64,000 nt of DNA from Balanoglossus misakiensis (Eukaryota > Animalia > Hemichordata): the NCBI GenBank assembly GCA_040954595.2, contig CM082578.2:14552898-14616897 (forward strand). The letters are read 5' to 3'. How positions within the stretch are numbered: the stretch's first letter is position 1; every line of letters starts with the position of its first letter. The notes under the pieces are model-generated. The model was not told the origin of the DNA and did not search any database. It worked only from the letters and a program-made list of their open reading frames with translations. The translations under genes were made by a program, and so were the position numbers. Positions 1 to 13,639 of the stretch are shown here, piece after piece.

Positions 1-519
1 TTAGGGCAAAGTTGAGAGGTCAGTAGGTCATGATTGCATATTCCATGTTATTTATACATGAAGTACCGTCCAGAATTTAAACAATACTTTTTATAACATT
101 TGTGGAGTTAAAATTTTAAACTATATATGCATTCATTCACCCATCCATCCAGTCAATTCCATCCAACCCTTATTTCTAATGGTAGCTCCCATTTCTTGTT
201 GTGTTTTGGGATATACCACTGGTTTTGGGGTGCATTTCATGTGACATGAAAGCAATATTACCTTGTGTGTGTTTTGGTGGTTTCTACTTTTACATGCTAG
301 AATCAAATATTTTTTGTGAAGTCCTTACATTTGTAAATATTTGCTCTGAATAAAGCTTGTTTTATTTAATGTCGGCTACTGTTTCCATTGAAGTCTTTAA
401 TATGTAATGATGTAACAAAGATGTGCTAGGTACAGATAGGAAAAAATTTCAATATCCCAATGTGATTAAAATCACATGTGGAGTTAGGCACTGTCTTTAC
501 TCATAAATCAGCAGCCACT

Positions 520-601
520 GAATACCAGTGTCTTAGTAATTAAAATTATCTCCAATCCTAGAATACCAGTGTCTTAGTAATTAAAATTATCTCCAATCCT
601 A
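520..601. repeat. Perfect 41-bp tandem duplication
   Basis: gaataccagtgtcttagtaattaaaattatctccaatccta occurs at 520-560 and again at 561-601. Confidence 0.95.
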
Positions 602-1368
602 ATTTCACTCTATAGAAGAAAAAGAGTCCAGTTTGAAAACGAGAGATCTTGCAGCTCAACCTGGCCATAGAGGGCGCACATACACATAGACATCACTCAC
701 AGAGAATGCATATTGGATACAGAGACTTTGACAACAAAAATTAAAACTCAATAGGCAGATAGTTGCAACGAAAACAAAGGCAGTTTTTAATTCATAAAAT
801 TTCTGAATAAATTATAAATTTAGCTAACTGTAATTATCTTACATCCCATAAAATCTTTTACAAATAAAGTGATATATTTAAACTCTGAACATGATATACT
901 GGATGACGATATTCAATGGTTAAACCTTTCAGCAAACACTGGTTTGCCATATTTGGAATTTTTCTACCCCTACATGTACATGACGTACATAGTATCTACA
1001 TGATTCTACATGTACTACCTTTGAATCTTAATTGCACAACCCTGAAAAGTACAGATATTTTGAATGGAAAATTATTCTTGTCAATAAGACAGCATTCAGC
1101 AGGATACACTTTCAAATAGGATTTTTTAAAACGATAATGTTCTCTTCTGTCAAGCTTGATTAAGATCTATGGCTGTCAGTACTTTTTAGAAAGTAAAAAT
1201 TACCATTTCTATAAATTATATCATGACCTTAAAATAAATAAAAATAATACGCAAATCACAAAATGAGGACAGGACATATAAAAAAAAGTACTTAGGAAAG
1301 ACACGCTTATTATAAAGGCTTTCAATGATATGTAGTGAATGATGGTTGATGGGGGGGGGGGGGGGTTC

Positions 1369-4300
1369 TCAAACCTTGGTCGGAGTTCTCTTGTAACCTT
1401 TCTTCTGCAATGCCATCAACAATGGAATCAGAGTTGGCACCATCAGGACTAAGGTCCATAGAGGGCGCTGTACGACCCAGGCCAAACCAATCGTGTGGAG
1501 AGTCAGAGACACTGAAATTCCAATCACAAAAGTTGGTGTACTCAGCTTAGCCAGTTCTCGGATGATTGGTATCCATGACACTGGGGAAACAAAAAAGGAA
1601 AAATAAATCATGATGGCATGTTGAGTAAAGACGTCAGTTAAATAGAGTACTGGAGGAAAAATTTCATTTAATCAAAGTCACTCAAGTCAATATGAGGGTC
1701 TGTGGTCTAACCCTTACACCCCCAGTTCCCTCTTTAGAGGTCCAGCCTTACCATAGAAAACAATGTGTTTGGACTGAACTATGGTGGTGAAAGGGTTAAC
1801 AAATACTTGTTTACATTACCTATGACTTGCAGAACATGATGCATCAGAATGATGGAAGTCAACACCATCAGAAATCCAACAATCCGTAACGACCATGTCA
1901 TTGCTAAATTCGCATTCTCTTCTTTCGAAAACATTTCCTGTCGACATAGAAAGATAACACTGGTATTTGAAAGATGGATTTGAACGAAAATGAAGTACTG
2001 GTGGTCTGAGCTTACTAAAAGTACTATGTATGATACATGTAGAAAGATCAAAGTAAAACCTTACCTCAGCTGACAGTCTACCAAACTCCAGAAATTCTAT
2101 AATTTCACCACTGTAGGTTTCATATCCTTCTAATTCAGAATCCACCTGCTTGGCTATTATGCTCACCTAAGAAACAGAAAAATATCATGTCTTAATTAAT
2201 GAGTCAAAATACTATCTCTGCAGATGAAATAGCCAAACCCTGACATTCTCACCAAAATGCTTGCCTCTTACTAGAAAGTTGTATCAAATTACATCACCGC
2301 AAAACAGCAAGCTCTACTTCTTCTGAATATAATTCTTGACAATGTGTCTCACCTGTTGTGGTGGGCCCAGATCTGAATATACTTTAGAATATTCTTTACC
2401 ACACACACCAGAATAGCTGAATCTGATTCGGACATCACCAATCTGTAATGTACAAAAGGACCAATTACTCATAGGATTGACATTTGCAACAGTGTATTGT
2501 ACATAACTAGTTTGTCACATAACAGACAGGATATACTTCACAGTTCATACACTGTACTAGTTCATGAAGTTTTCATTCATTACAATTGTGGTTTTTAGTG
2601 ATCATTTTTTGCTGTAGACAGGTTAAGGTGTGAATAATGTCCCTTTTGATAACGAAACCAAATGATACCAATGTATATTACCTGTGGGTTAGAGGGATCT
2701 TGTCCTTGATAAATGTAGCCATCCACTATGTGAGCATTAGGAAGTCCCTCTGGTAGACTATACAGTTTATATTTCATTTCCTTGTCAATTTTGGAAATAA
2801 GATTTTCTGACAGTAAAAAGCTGCCGACGTAAACTTTATCGGCAATGTAGGTTTTGCTCTCTGCTGGCATCACCCTGTGAAGAAATAAGAGATGAAAGCT
2901 TCTGATATCATGTCCCAGTAATGCGTACCCAAACATCCCTACTTATAAGTGCATTGGTCCAATTACATCACTTAGAACGAGTGGAGAATGTTGAGGTGTA
3001 CTGAAACCACCAGAGGCTGTCACAAAACAGTTGGCAAAAAGCATCAATCATGATGATAGGATGAGAAATTATTGACTTACACAGGATTTCTATGCAAGTC
3101 ACTTTCTTCAAAGTCTTCACTGTCTACGAGTTCTGACACCCACTCTTTACCTGAAACATAAAGTTCATCCCAAATGAATCAGACTTGGAAACTGTACATT
3201 CCATAGATAGAAGTTAAAGCTACTGTCCTATTAAATGAATAATTTATTACCGTAGGAATACACAGTTTCTACCCTTGGCTCTACAGCCTCGTTGATTGCT
3301 CTTTCACTGGTCGTCTCTATCCATTGATACATTTCAGCCTCTCTCATTAATTTAGCAGCCTCCACTCTGACACCATATTCTGCGTCTTCTAGGAACTATT
3401 GGAGAAATAAACAAGATTCCATTATTATGGCAACTATAGCCAATGATTTGAAATGGAATGATTGATTTTTTGATAGTTGAAAATATAATTACAAACCAAG
3501 AAATTATCTCTCAGTAAGATTCTTACCTTCTCTGTCCTCAGTGTTCCCATGAGGTGAACCAGTTGGTTGTTATTTTCATCAAATGCTACTTGTGTGGTTG
3601 ACAGTGGCACCACCAATGCCATCCCTTCCTCGACAGATCGGGATATTTTCACGATTCTCCACTAAAAAGACAACGACAGAGTCGTGAAGATGATATGACA
3701 TCAAAAGACCTCACTGCAGATCAGTGAAAACACTTTTGTATGATATGATAACCGAGGAAAGGGCTAACTTAATTAAAGTTTCAATATTTAAACATGCCTT
3801 ACCTCATTCCAGAATAAAACAACGACCGCAGCAGACAGTAAGACAAAACTGAAACAGGTACTGGTGAAATTGACTGACAGTCTCTCCTGCAAACTGGAAA
3901 GCTTAGTCCTGGCATATTTTCTTGCGTTACTCTTGGAATTCTTGGAGTGGTTCAGGAGGTGATCGTTGTGCATTCCAGGTGCATCTGGATACTGGAAGAG
4001 AAAATGACTAAATTTGTGTCTTAAAAAATATTCAGTTCCAAATAGTGCCATAAGGTCCTCAAAGGTTTGATATGTCATTGGCCTCATGAAGTATAGGACA
4101 GGTTAATTAATCATTCATGTTTGTGCTTGCTGCACACTATTTTCACATAGAAAACTGTCCAATTCTGACCTGAAGTGTCTCCGTAGATAATTTGTTACAT
4201 TTATAATTCACGAATGAGGAAATTAAACTGAAACACAAGGGAGTTGATATCCTGCTTGCATCAGTCAAGTACCTCAACAATACTCAATTCAGCTGCAGCA

Positions 4301-4841
4301 CATAGTCTTTTGAACAAACTGCAAATTAAGTTCCCCTGTATTTGTCACATATTTTACAAAAAATATCGCGACCAATAATTATACATATAATCAAATATTG
4401 ATTCTGACAATGTTGTACTATATATTGAAGCCAGTCAAACTCAATGATGACAATGAGTTTTGCATTCTACAAACTACAATGCAGGTTGTCAGGGGTAACA
4501 GTACACTCTTTTCCTGGGACAGTAGGAAATACTGTGAGCATTCGATAATTTTTGAGAAAAACGCAGAAAACAAGGGTGATGTAAACACTCATGTAAGCAT
4601 CCAGTAGGTACAACTTCAAATCATTACAAAGCGGATCGTTAATGTGACAAATATTGCGGGGAACATCACAGCACAGAGATACACACGCAGACAAGCTATG
4701 AGGTGCGTAACCACGGCAACGACTTGTCACATCACAGTCACAGTGACGTGATGGTTGTGCGCACATCGAAGAGAACACTTAGATCCAAAAATTCACCTCT
4801 TCCTCATCCTCACTGCTGTTTCCATCAACCGCATCTGTCAT
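1369..4841 (-). CDS. TMEM43: Transmembrane protein 43 (LUMA) orthologue, 10 coding exons (approx. 4797-4841, 3803-3991, 3527-3661, 3251-3395, 3081-3150, 2682-2875, 2353-2443, 2065-2167, 1820-1937, 1369-1581)
   Basis: Exons joined at GT-AG sites give MTDAVDGNSSEDEEE-YPDAPGMHN...VLFWNE-WRIVKISRSVEEGMALVV...ENNNQLVHLMGTLRTEK-FLEDAEYGVRVEAAKLMREAEMYQWIE...YSY-GKEWVSELVDSEDF...HRNP...NPQ-IGDVRIRFSYSG...DLGPPQQ-VSIIAKQ...LSAE-EMFSKEENANLAMTWSLRIVG...VSWIPIIRELA...LAWVVQRPLW. These match human TMEM43 motifs as I recall them (LVHIIGALRT, EMYQWVE, VGDLRVSFSYAG, TWGLRAAG, WLFYRPLW). The start codon at 4841 is inferred. Confidence 0.93.
1711..1795. mobile_element. ~85-bp MITE, piggyBac-like (copy 1, last intron of TMEM43)
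   Basis: Inverted termini CCCTTACACC...GGTGAAAGGG flanked by CTAA/TTAA. TTAA target sites with CCC..GGG ends are typical of piggyBac. A second copy lies at 21502-21585. Confidence 0.7.
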
Positions 4842-7800
4842 CCTGCAAGGAAACCTTCGAGAAAGGGGTTTGTTATCGATATTACGTTTTAATGATATAC
4901 CTACGTGTGCTCGGTACATTTCCCCTGTTAAGTGACACAATAGTAACCTCCGACCTTGTCAAGAAAATCGCAGACAAAAATTACAGTGGAATCCGAACCA
5001 GAATCAGAATCCATTCCCTGTAACCTTTGACATTATTGCAATCAGCATCAGATTGCGAAACCGCTGTGTCGATGTCGGTCAATAGCTCAATGTTTAATAC
5101 GTTCGTGATGAAACTAGAAAAAATGTTTAATAGTTGACCTCAGAACACAAACCTTTATTTTTTCTAGCTGTATCCAACCCGGGAGTATAGTAGATATCGT
5201 CCGATCCACAAGCGCCCGTGAACTGAAAACCATTTAATGTGTGGGAACGGAATTCGGTTACCCTGCCGGCAAAATCGAACAGCTGAGAATAGTAGGGTGC
5301 CCTCCAGCGACACCATCAATCAATGTTATTTTGTTTTTAACACATTGTACTGTGGGAGGGGATTTTTTACATGTGCAGGTAGACCATAGCAACCATTTTT
5401 AATTTTTTTTTTATTATTAAGGTCTTGTGAACTTTAAATCCGGTAATGTGAGACAGTGATAGGCGGTAGGCTATAGGGGCCTAAAGATCTGGTCTGGCAG
5501 GTTTGGCCCAATGCCGTCAAAAAGAACCCATATTACAAATAGTGCAATTCTTGAGCAAAGGTCCCAGTGCTATTTTTTTGTCTTTCCTACTTTCTCAGAC
5601 CTGACGACATCCACTGCAGCACAACAATCTATCCACGTGGAATCATTCCCAGGCTGTCAGTACAGTAGCGGCTTGGGGCGACACGTGTCCTGTGCGTTCG
5701 CTTGTTTTCACCGGGTTTCGAAATACATGCAGTGGTTTTCTAACACGACCCACCTCGAAATATTTTGAATTTTAAAGCCACACACTTGTCTTATATGTGA
5801 ATATAATATTTTTTTATAAAAGAGAAGAAGGGAAAATTATAACTAGTGGGGGTCACTAGCCTTGGGTGTTCCTAAAAGATACGGGCAACAGGCAGGCAGA
5901 CCCGCGCGTGTCGCCCTCCACACGTGGAATGTTGCAAATAGGAAATACTACTGGTAGGTTTTATGCTATTATAGGAAAATCAAGCCATTAAATGAAATTT
6001 CCCTAGAAATCAGACGCCAAACGAGCCGACGGAATTACACACACTCGTGACCCTAAGCCGAATTCACTCAAAAGCGCTGACTGTTTTTCTCTCTCTCAGT
6101 AGGCCTAGTTATATACACCTTTCTTCAAATAATTTTCTGTCACTCATTTAAAGACAAACGGAATGCATGTGAGTATTTTCTACTGGCCTGATTTTAGTGA
6201 GAAAGAAATCGGTCGTGTGAACTTTCACCGGTTGCTTCAAAGTGACTTCCAGATATGGCAATCAAGCTCTCTGGCCTGGAAACACTCACTTCAACAAATC
6301 GTTGGTCCCTGGTAGACATATACTCGCACCCAACGATTTCTAAAATCAGACGTTTGCTTGACGTATGGACATGTCCACTCGTGGAATATTGAAAAATTGT
6401 ATTTTCAGTTTTGAAATGTCATATTCACCATGAAAAAATCGTGAATTATATCTAGCCATAAAGACAACATCTGAGTATTCGAGGACCATATGGTGTACAT
6501 ACACAAGTGATTTGTCCTGCCACTACCAGATCCTATGGAAGTGCGCAGTAAAATATACTTTATGGGCACTTCATAGCTGATGCTGTTTTATGTATTGACC
6601 AAGTCACTCATATAAGGTCTCCATGGATACCGACCATTTGGTCCCAAATTGCTGAAAATACATTGTTTTCCCTTATCCATGGACATTCATTACCTATAAA
6701 TTACATGTACATGTATTAAAGTGTTAAGGCTGCGTTTCCAGGGGACTAGTGTAGTTGTAACTTGGATAAGGCAATCTAAAATTTGGTTTTTACTTTGTGT
6801 GAAAGTGCGTGTGTTCGTCAGAACTCAGGCCATGCGATGAGGGTGCGCTCAATACTGAAACGACAAGGTCGATTCTTGAGCATCCCTTTTTAATGGCGGC
6901 GTTTTGGCCGGACTGACCCTCGAACTTCAGCTGTTCAGTATTAAACGTTGATGGGAACGGTTATTCATCCATCAAATCAAAAAAGCACTTGGAATCAAAA
7001 TTGAAACTCGTAAGTCATGACGTTTTATCCCGGATGATTGTGTTTTGGAAATAACGACCTTTCCCAGATCGCAACCTCCAAAAATAGCAGTGTCTGTTAG
7101 GTGTGACAAAAACATGTGGGAGTAAGAACTCGCTGTTTCTACGAAAATAGAATAATTTCATATCTCCACTTGCTTTCATTAATTTCAAGACAGACACACT
7201 CATCAAATCTCACAGCAATGGCATGTTATGATTTATTATGAGTTTGATCACCCAATACCGCTTCATGCTGATGTTTCGAAATTCATTCGTTCAACACCTC
7301 GCTCATCAAAAGAAGTGATTGTTTTGTAAGGTCATATTTCAGTGTATTGCCGTGTATTCAAATTTCTTGACAGATCGCCTCCATTTGGAACAACAAGTAC
7401 CATCACTTTTCAAAACTAAAATTATTTTCCGAGTGTTATTTTTAAAAACCGTCTCTGTTTGACCGATGGCACGTTCTTTCGCGGTGCCGTTTGGCAGACA
7501 GGGAGTCACTTTTCCCGAAATTTATCGACGACATATTTGTCGGTGAAAATTATCGTTGCCCATTCCTTTCTCGCATCTTGTCTATTTCTGGTCATTTTTT
7601 GTCGAATGATCGTGTTGTCTCGCAAAATTCTGATGTCACATATGGCGAACAATGCGTCATTATATTTCATGGCTACAATAGGCCTATATGATGGAATGCT
7701 GAACACTGAAACGTAATGGCGGCTGTTCACGTAAAACTCTTACCTTCCATTAAGTATCTTCCATTTCGCCTACTTTTTAATTTGGAAATGTGGCAATGTT

Positions 7801-10800
7801 GTGTCAGGGAAAGCCTTTCTGAAACATCTATCCATCGTGTTTTTTTTCTGGAGGTGATATTTTTTCATCATATAAACGCTGCCACTAATAATATCCCTCT
7901 CTTAGGGCCAACATTATCTTGTGCGTTCCCTTGTCAAGAAATACCCCTCAGCTGCTGGGTAAGCCCGTAGACGTTTTCTGGTCCTGTTATGGGATCTCAG
8001 GTTAGAGGCGCCCTCCTCGTCTGACTCCGAAGCTGGAATTTTACATGTTGTGTGTACCCGTGGTTTGGTATGATCTCGCACGTCGCCTACCACATGCTCA
8101 CACGCTAGATCAAGCACATGTTTTAAAGATCGTGACCACATACCGCCCACTAGACTGTACCTTGTCCTCACAAACCTCGGACGCTCGTCATGTCAGTGTC
8201 CTGGTATAAAACATTTAGCATGCAAATACAATTTGGAAGTCTTCCAAACTTAATTTTGATCTCCCTCGATCGGCCTTCTTTTCCACTTTAGCTTTAACTT
8301 AAATTCCATCCCGTCCGCGAGAAGAGGGTTTGGAACAATATCACGTGAGATGCCACCTGTGTGAGAATCTCGCGTACGTTGATTGGGTTGGTTTTGCGCA
8401 GTCTCTTATTGACCATGAATCGCTCAATAGCTGATTATGTGTTAATTGCGTTAATTCGGTTAACCTAAAGGTGCGTGTAACTCCATGCTGTATGGCGTGA
8501 TCGTTCAAAATGACCAGTGCTCAGTAAAATGGCTAAAAATAAGAGTATGCACCTATAGTCAAAATTGTACCCGATTCAAATTAAAAGCCACAGTACCACA
8601 GCCTACCAAGACTACGAAAATATGACCAAAACACGACCCACTTCTATACACATGAACTCCAAATTACTACCCACGCCCAGGTATATACCGGACATCAAGA
8701 TGCGACGTCGTTCGAGTGTGTTCATATGCCGCCTTGTCTGTGGCCCCGCCCCGCTCCGAATTTTGGGACCTCGTGCTGCGTTGTCATGGGTTGGGAGTTC
8801 TAGTGAACAGTGTAGATTATTTAGCACCTAATTTAAGTCTTGAGAACGAAACTTTTACAACGGAATTACATATATAGAATGTACCGTGCCCTGGTGTACC
8901 CTAACCGAGAGCAATGCACATGACGTAGAAAGAATTAGAAAAACAGCGCGTGAACGGAGCGATCGCATTCCGATTTCAGTCGCATGAAACTGCCGTACAC
9001 CAAGCCATACACAGCCACTCAACCGAAAATTGATCCGGACGTAGTCGTTATGAACCAAAACCTGAATAATACTCAGCTGCAACATTTTCGTACCGGAGAT
9101 CCGAACATGTGCGTTTAGTGTTGACATTCTTGGGTTGGCGCCCCCCGGGACGGGGACGGTTGATATATTGAGATGATGGACGGTGATGCACGTATGCGTT
9201 ACTTAGGCTGACTAGTATAGTGTCTGACACTCGGACGGCTAGGTTAGGTACGGTATAGACGGCGAAATAGGGAAGCTAAATCACTTCGCAGCCGAAGAAA
9301 AAAACCACGCCGTTTATTGGCTCCTATTCACCCATGACAAGTCTCCAAGATTGAGGTAAGCAGTGTCACACAATTTCTTTTCGACCGAGATTTAAGTTCA
9401 CGCAGACGATAATATCGAAATTCTTAACCAATGGCTGTGCAACGCTCAGAACAAGACACACTACTCAATACATGTCCTGTGTAACAAGGTTCACCTCGAT
9501 ATCACCGACCCATTAACTGTGTCACAATATTGATTCAATTAGCAGATTTAAACTGAATTGAGGCCTCGGGATGTCGAACGGTTTGCTTGTTTTATTATGA
9601 TAGATAATGTTATCTTGGAGGCAGTCGTAACAATTTGCCTAATGTTCCTACAACTTGGCCAACGGTCTCTTAGGCTACTCAAAATGAACAGGTGAAAAAT
9701 GATGTTACTAGGCCCGTTTCTTCTGAACTGACTCAAAATTCCGGGAAGGGAGCTGGTAATATTTGATTTATTGCGCACCGTTAGCAAGTTATACATTGTA
9801 ATTAGCACTGGCATATTGTCATGTTAAAAGTTGAAAGGCGATCATGCAACGCCCGAGGAAAAGTTATCACACGGAAGTAGATGAAAAAAACAACCAAACC
9901 CAAATGGCCTTTGGTTTCGATATGTAAATGCATTGTGGTTGGCACGTTGCCTGAAATATCAGAGTTTCAACAACAACGTGCCGCGTTTATCACGCTCACA
10001 CATTCCTTCGGAATCGGTTGGCAACAGAGCGTCTGTGCTCTCTCTCTCTCTCTCTCTCGCTTTGAACTGATACAGAAGCAAGTGTCGGATGAGGAAAGAG
10101 CCGTGATTGAAAGAAAAGGGTATGTCAACATATTTTAGTCACCACGATAGTATTTTCTCGGAAAGTACAGCGTTCAGTAAAGCTCTGCACTATTGAATCA
10201 AACAAAATGTGCCACTTTTTCAGTCTCCTTTTCTCAGTCGGAACAAATCCTAGTACGATCAAGGTGCTATAGATACAACCCATAATATTTAATGACTTCC
10301 GATTTCTCACGTCTAAGTAAACTTTAAAGACAGAGGTGTGGTATGTAAGGAGCATTCTGAAAAATGTGTTTAGTGCGCATAAAAACAGTCTGAATATGCA
10401 TTACATTTCTTTCTGTTTCTGAGTTATGTGTACAGATAACCATACGCACAGCTTTTGTGAATGTGTGTAGGTTGTCCTCGTGTTAAAATCTCGTATGAAA
10501 ATGTGCCTTTGGATTTTACAAAATGTAGGTTTGTCTCATATATTTTGTTTCTGACGCCAAAGGTCGCCACATGTCTTTTCCCTTTCTCCCTCTCCTGTTT
10601 AAGAATTTTCTCGGTGGGTGGTCGGCTTTTTCCGGAAATCCTGCATCCTTCGAGGTCGAACGGACCTTCTATCGCTCGACCCAAACTAGTTCTCCACGCC
10701 AATAGAGTGGGAATTCTGTCGTAGGCTTTCCAGCTTGCAACGTGATCGTCCATATATATGCCATTGACCGCTACAGTGGAGCTTTGCATTTGTAGTTTTA

Positions 10801-13499
10801 ACTGTGCATGTATCTGATATCATAGTGGTTGACTTTGCTAGACCTTTGGTGGAGTTCCCGCCGAGATTCAATGACTTTATTCGCTCGAAATATGCTCCCT
10901 AACCTAGATGCAGTATTCCTGAAGGTTTTGAAGTTTCACCATCGCACTTAGTTTATTGATTCTAGATTTGAACAACTTGTATGAATGATAATGCCAGCTA
11001 TGGGTCAAATTCCGTTTCCCCAGCAACAGTGCAAAACTCATTACATAGTCCGAGTCGATCGTGTGCTTAGTACCGCCACGGGTCACGTGTCGGGTCAATA
11101 TCATGCCTTGGCGAGTAGAATCACAATTATAGAGTTTTATTTTTCACCTGTTTAGAAAAGAAATGTAAAACAAACATCTAAGGGTTGTTGTTTTCGATCT
11201 AATGACATTCAAATGTACATTTGCTTGATGTGTAAATAGATAATTCGATTGGGGTTGACGACTTGACGCTAGTTGCGTCTGTTCATTTGCCCCCCCCCCC
11301 CTCTCTCAATAAAACGAGGGTCAATATTTTTCTATCTTAAGTGTAAAACTCATTTTTTCTATCTTTAGAGAAAAACTCAGCGGCTCCAGGGATTATTAAA
11401 TGTCTCCGAGCCCCAGAGGGTGTTTTACACGAGTGCCGTATGACCATGCGGGTAGTTTCAAAGGAGCATGTACAGTGCCAAGGGCATTTCTACAGCAGCA
11501 AAAAATAGTCCGCAGCCCGTAACTTTTCATGGGAACAAAAGATCAAATGCGCTCCCGCACCCTTCCTTTTATCAGACAGACACGCGTGGCGTTGGGCTCG
11601 CTTGACCGTATTTCGGTGCTGGAAGTAGGCCTACCAGTGAAAATTGTTTTACCGGCTAAAATAATCCGACTGAGTATTAAAAGATGCCGTGTCTTAAAAT
11701 ACTGTGGCGGAGTTTGAGATCGGTCCATAAGATAAAATTAGCGTTTTAATTTTCTCCAGTGCTGTGGGCCTAAGTAATGTCCGTTAGATTTTTTTCCCAT
11801 TATCGAAACAGGTCTTCTCTGTGTTAACAATTAATTTATCGATATTTGGAATTGAAAAAAAAGAAATAAATTAAAATGATATGCCTAAAAGTGCTGGCTA
11901 TTCCTCCGTAAATGCCTACCCTCAAATTTGGACGTGCGAGGGGGTCATAGAAACCCTGTTAAATAGAGCTACTCAAAATAAATAGCTCACGGAGAATCGT
12001 ACCGATTCAGGTTTCCAAGAACGATAACCGTTTAGAAACATCTCAGGATCAAGGTATTGGTGATTTTTGCCTTAGGGAAACGCTTCTATGAATTACATGA
12101 TTGCCAAACGAATGACAAAACACACGAGGAATTATTTGCCCCAGAATCTACAGTGTCTTGAGTCATACGCATTCAGTTACACTGTTTAAAGAAAAGACCA
12201 AAGTTGTCAGGATCACTTTTGTCGGCCACGTCAGTGCATTATATTTCTCTGATAGCGTGCTAAAATTGAGGTGTTTTTTACAAGAAATATATATGCAGTG
12301 TGTAGCAGAGGATTTAAGTTTCTTCTGACCAGACCGTCAGTGTCCCATTCATACCTGGTCACTTAAAAAAAAAAAACAAGGACCATGCATTTTTCCACAT
12401 GATCTATTTGCGAATACGGCACGCGTCCATATGCTATTTATTCTCACGCAGAGTCACGCATGGGCGATCACATGCATCCGCGGGGAGAAGGGGGGGGGGG
12501 GGGTTGGCGCCGATAGGCCTAAACTCTCCGCTCCAATCGCCATTTGAACCCTAACACTGCGAAATCACCTTGTTCCTTGTTTCAATAATGACGAGAAACT
12601 CGTCTGAGGTTTCAAAGACTAACGAAAACGATATTTCATTAATCATTACATCAGCGCAAATTGATGACGATATCCCCATGAATTAACAACGTGGTTGTAA
12701 ATAACAAAAAAGTCAAGTAGTAGGGTAAATTTCGAATGGACTGTAACAGCGGTTATTCACACGTACTTGTTCTCGGTCCTGTGAGATTGCACACGTGAAA
12801 CATTGCACGGAGCGCCGCGCTGGCTCGAAATCTCAGTCGGATAATAACTAGACAATTTCTCCGTACTGTATTCAGTGCAATTCTCGACAAACGGGGAATT
12901 TGAAAACACTGAAATAAAACAACGTGTACTTGGCCTGTAGTGAAAAGTATCTCAATTTTGCCATCGAATTCAGCAACGTTAGAGTTGATATTGGAGTCAT
13001 TTTATATGTAATATTGTCCAAAGTTTGATAGACGACCAACTGTACGTCACACATGGCAAACACCATTGGGATGTTTGCAAAAATTTCCCGGCTAAGCCTT
13101 GTAATTACCGCCTATTAATTACCAGCAATTTTAACCAGCAATTGACAAGTGAATTTTAGTCCGCATTAAATTTACGCATGTCATCAATAACATTGCACTT
13201 TACGCGTATGTTTACTTGGCATTAAAAAACTAGTTGTTCCGTGACCAAATGAGTAAAAGTTACGGGTACTATCCCTTTAATGTGCCTTTCCCGATCATTG
13301 ACTGCCTAAAATTGACCAAAAATCCATCCACATCCGGACTTTTCCAAACGGCGCGTACTCCGTGCCACCAGATGTTTTATTGGTTGAAAAGGGCGAGAAG
13401 TGTACATGTCAGCGACATCCGATCACGGCCCTTGCTTGGTTGGCAACGGAGTGAGCAGGTGTGCGCGCGGCTACTCGTTCTCCCGTCCCGGCTGTACCA

Positions 13500-13639
13500 C
13501 TTGTTAGCGAGTTCGAGCTCTGGCAAGCGGAACTACAGTTTGGTTGTCGGAGCAAATTGAAATCAGGAGGGCTAGGAACCCCCATCCCCAAGTCACTCGC
13601 TCCCTGTTTACTTTAGGCAACACGCGCACACTTGTAAGG
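13500..13639 (+). other. Putative non-coding first exon of the 779-aa orphan gene (5' end approximate)
   Basis: Strong donor G|GTAAGT at 13640, an inverted CCAAT (ATTGG) at ~13379 and CpG-rich sequence upstream. A polypyrimidine acceptor (ttctattttacag) at ~16017 lies 126 nt before the ATG at 16144. Confidence 0.4.

Noticed and set aside
349-366. Opposing polyA signals (AATAAA on + at 349, on - at 361-366) suggesting overlapping convergent 3' ends
   Set aside because: Hexamers are common in AT-rich DNA and no upstream gene is visible in the window.
664-5310. CTCF-like motifs (ccatagagggcgc at ~665 and ~1457; tcgctggagggcac on - at ~5297)
   Set aside because: Partial matches only, one lies in coding sequence, and they cannot be supported without PWM scoring or ChIP.
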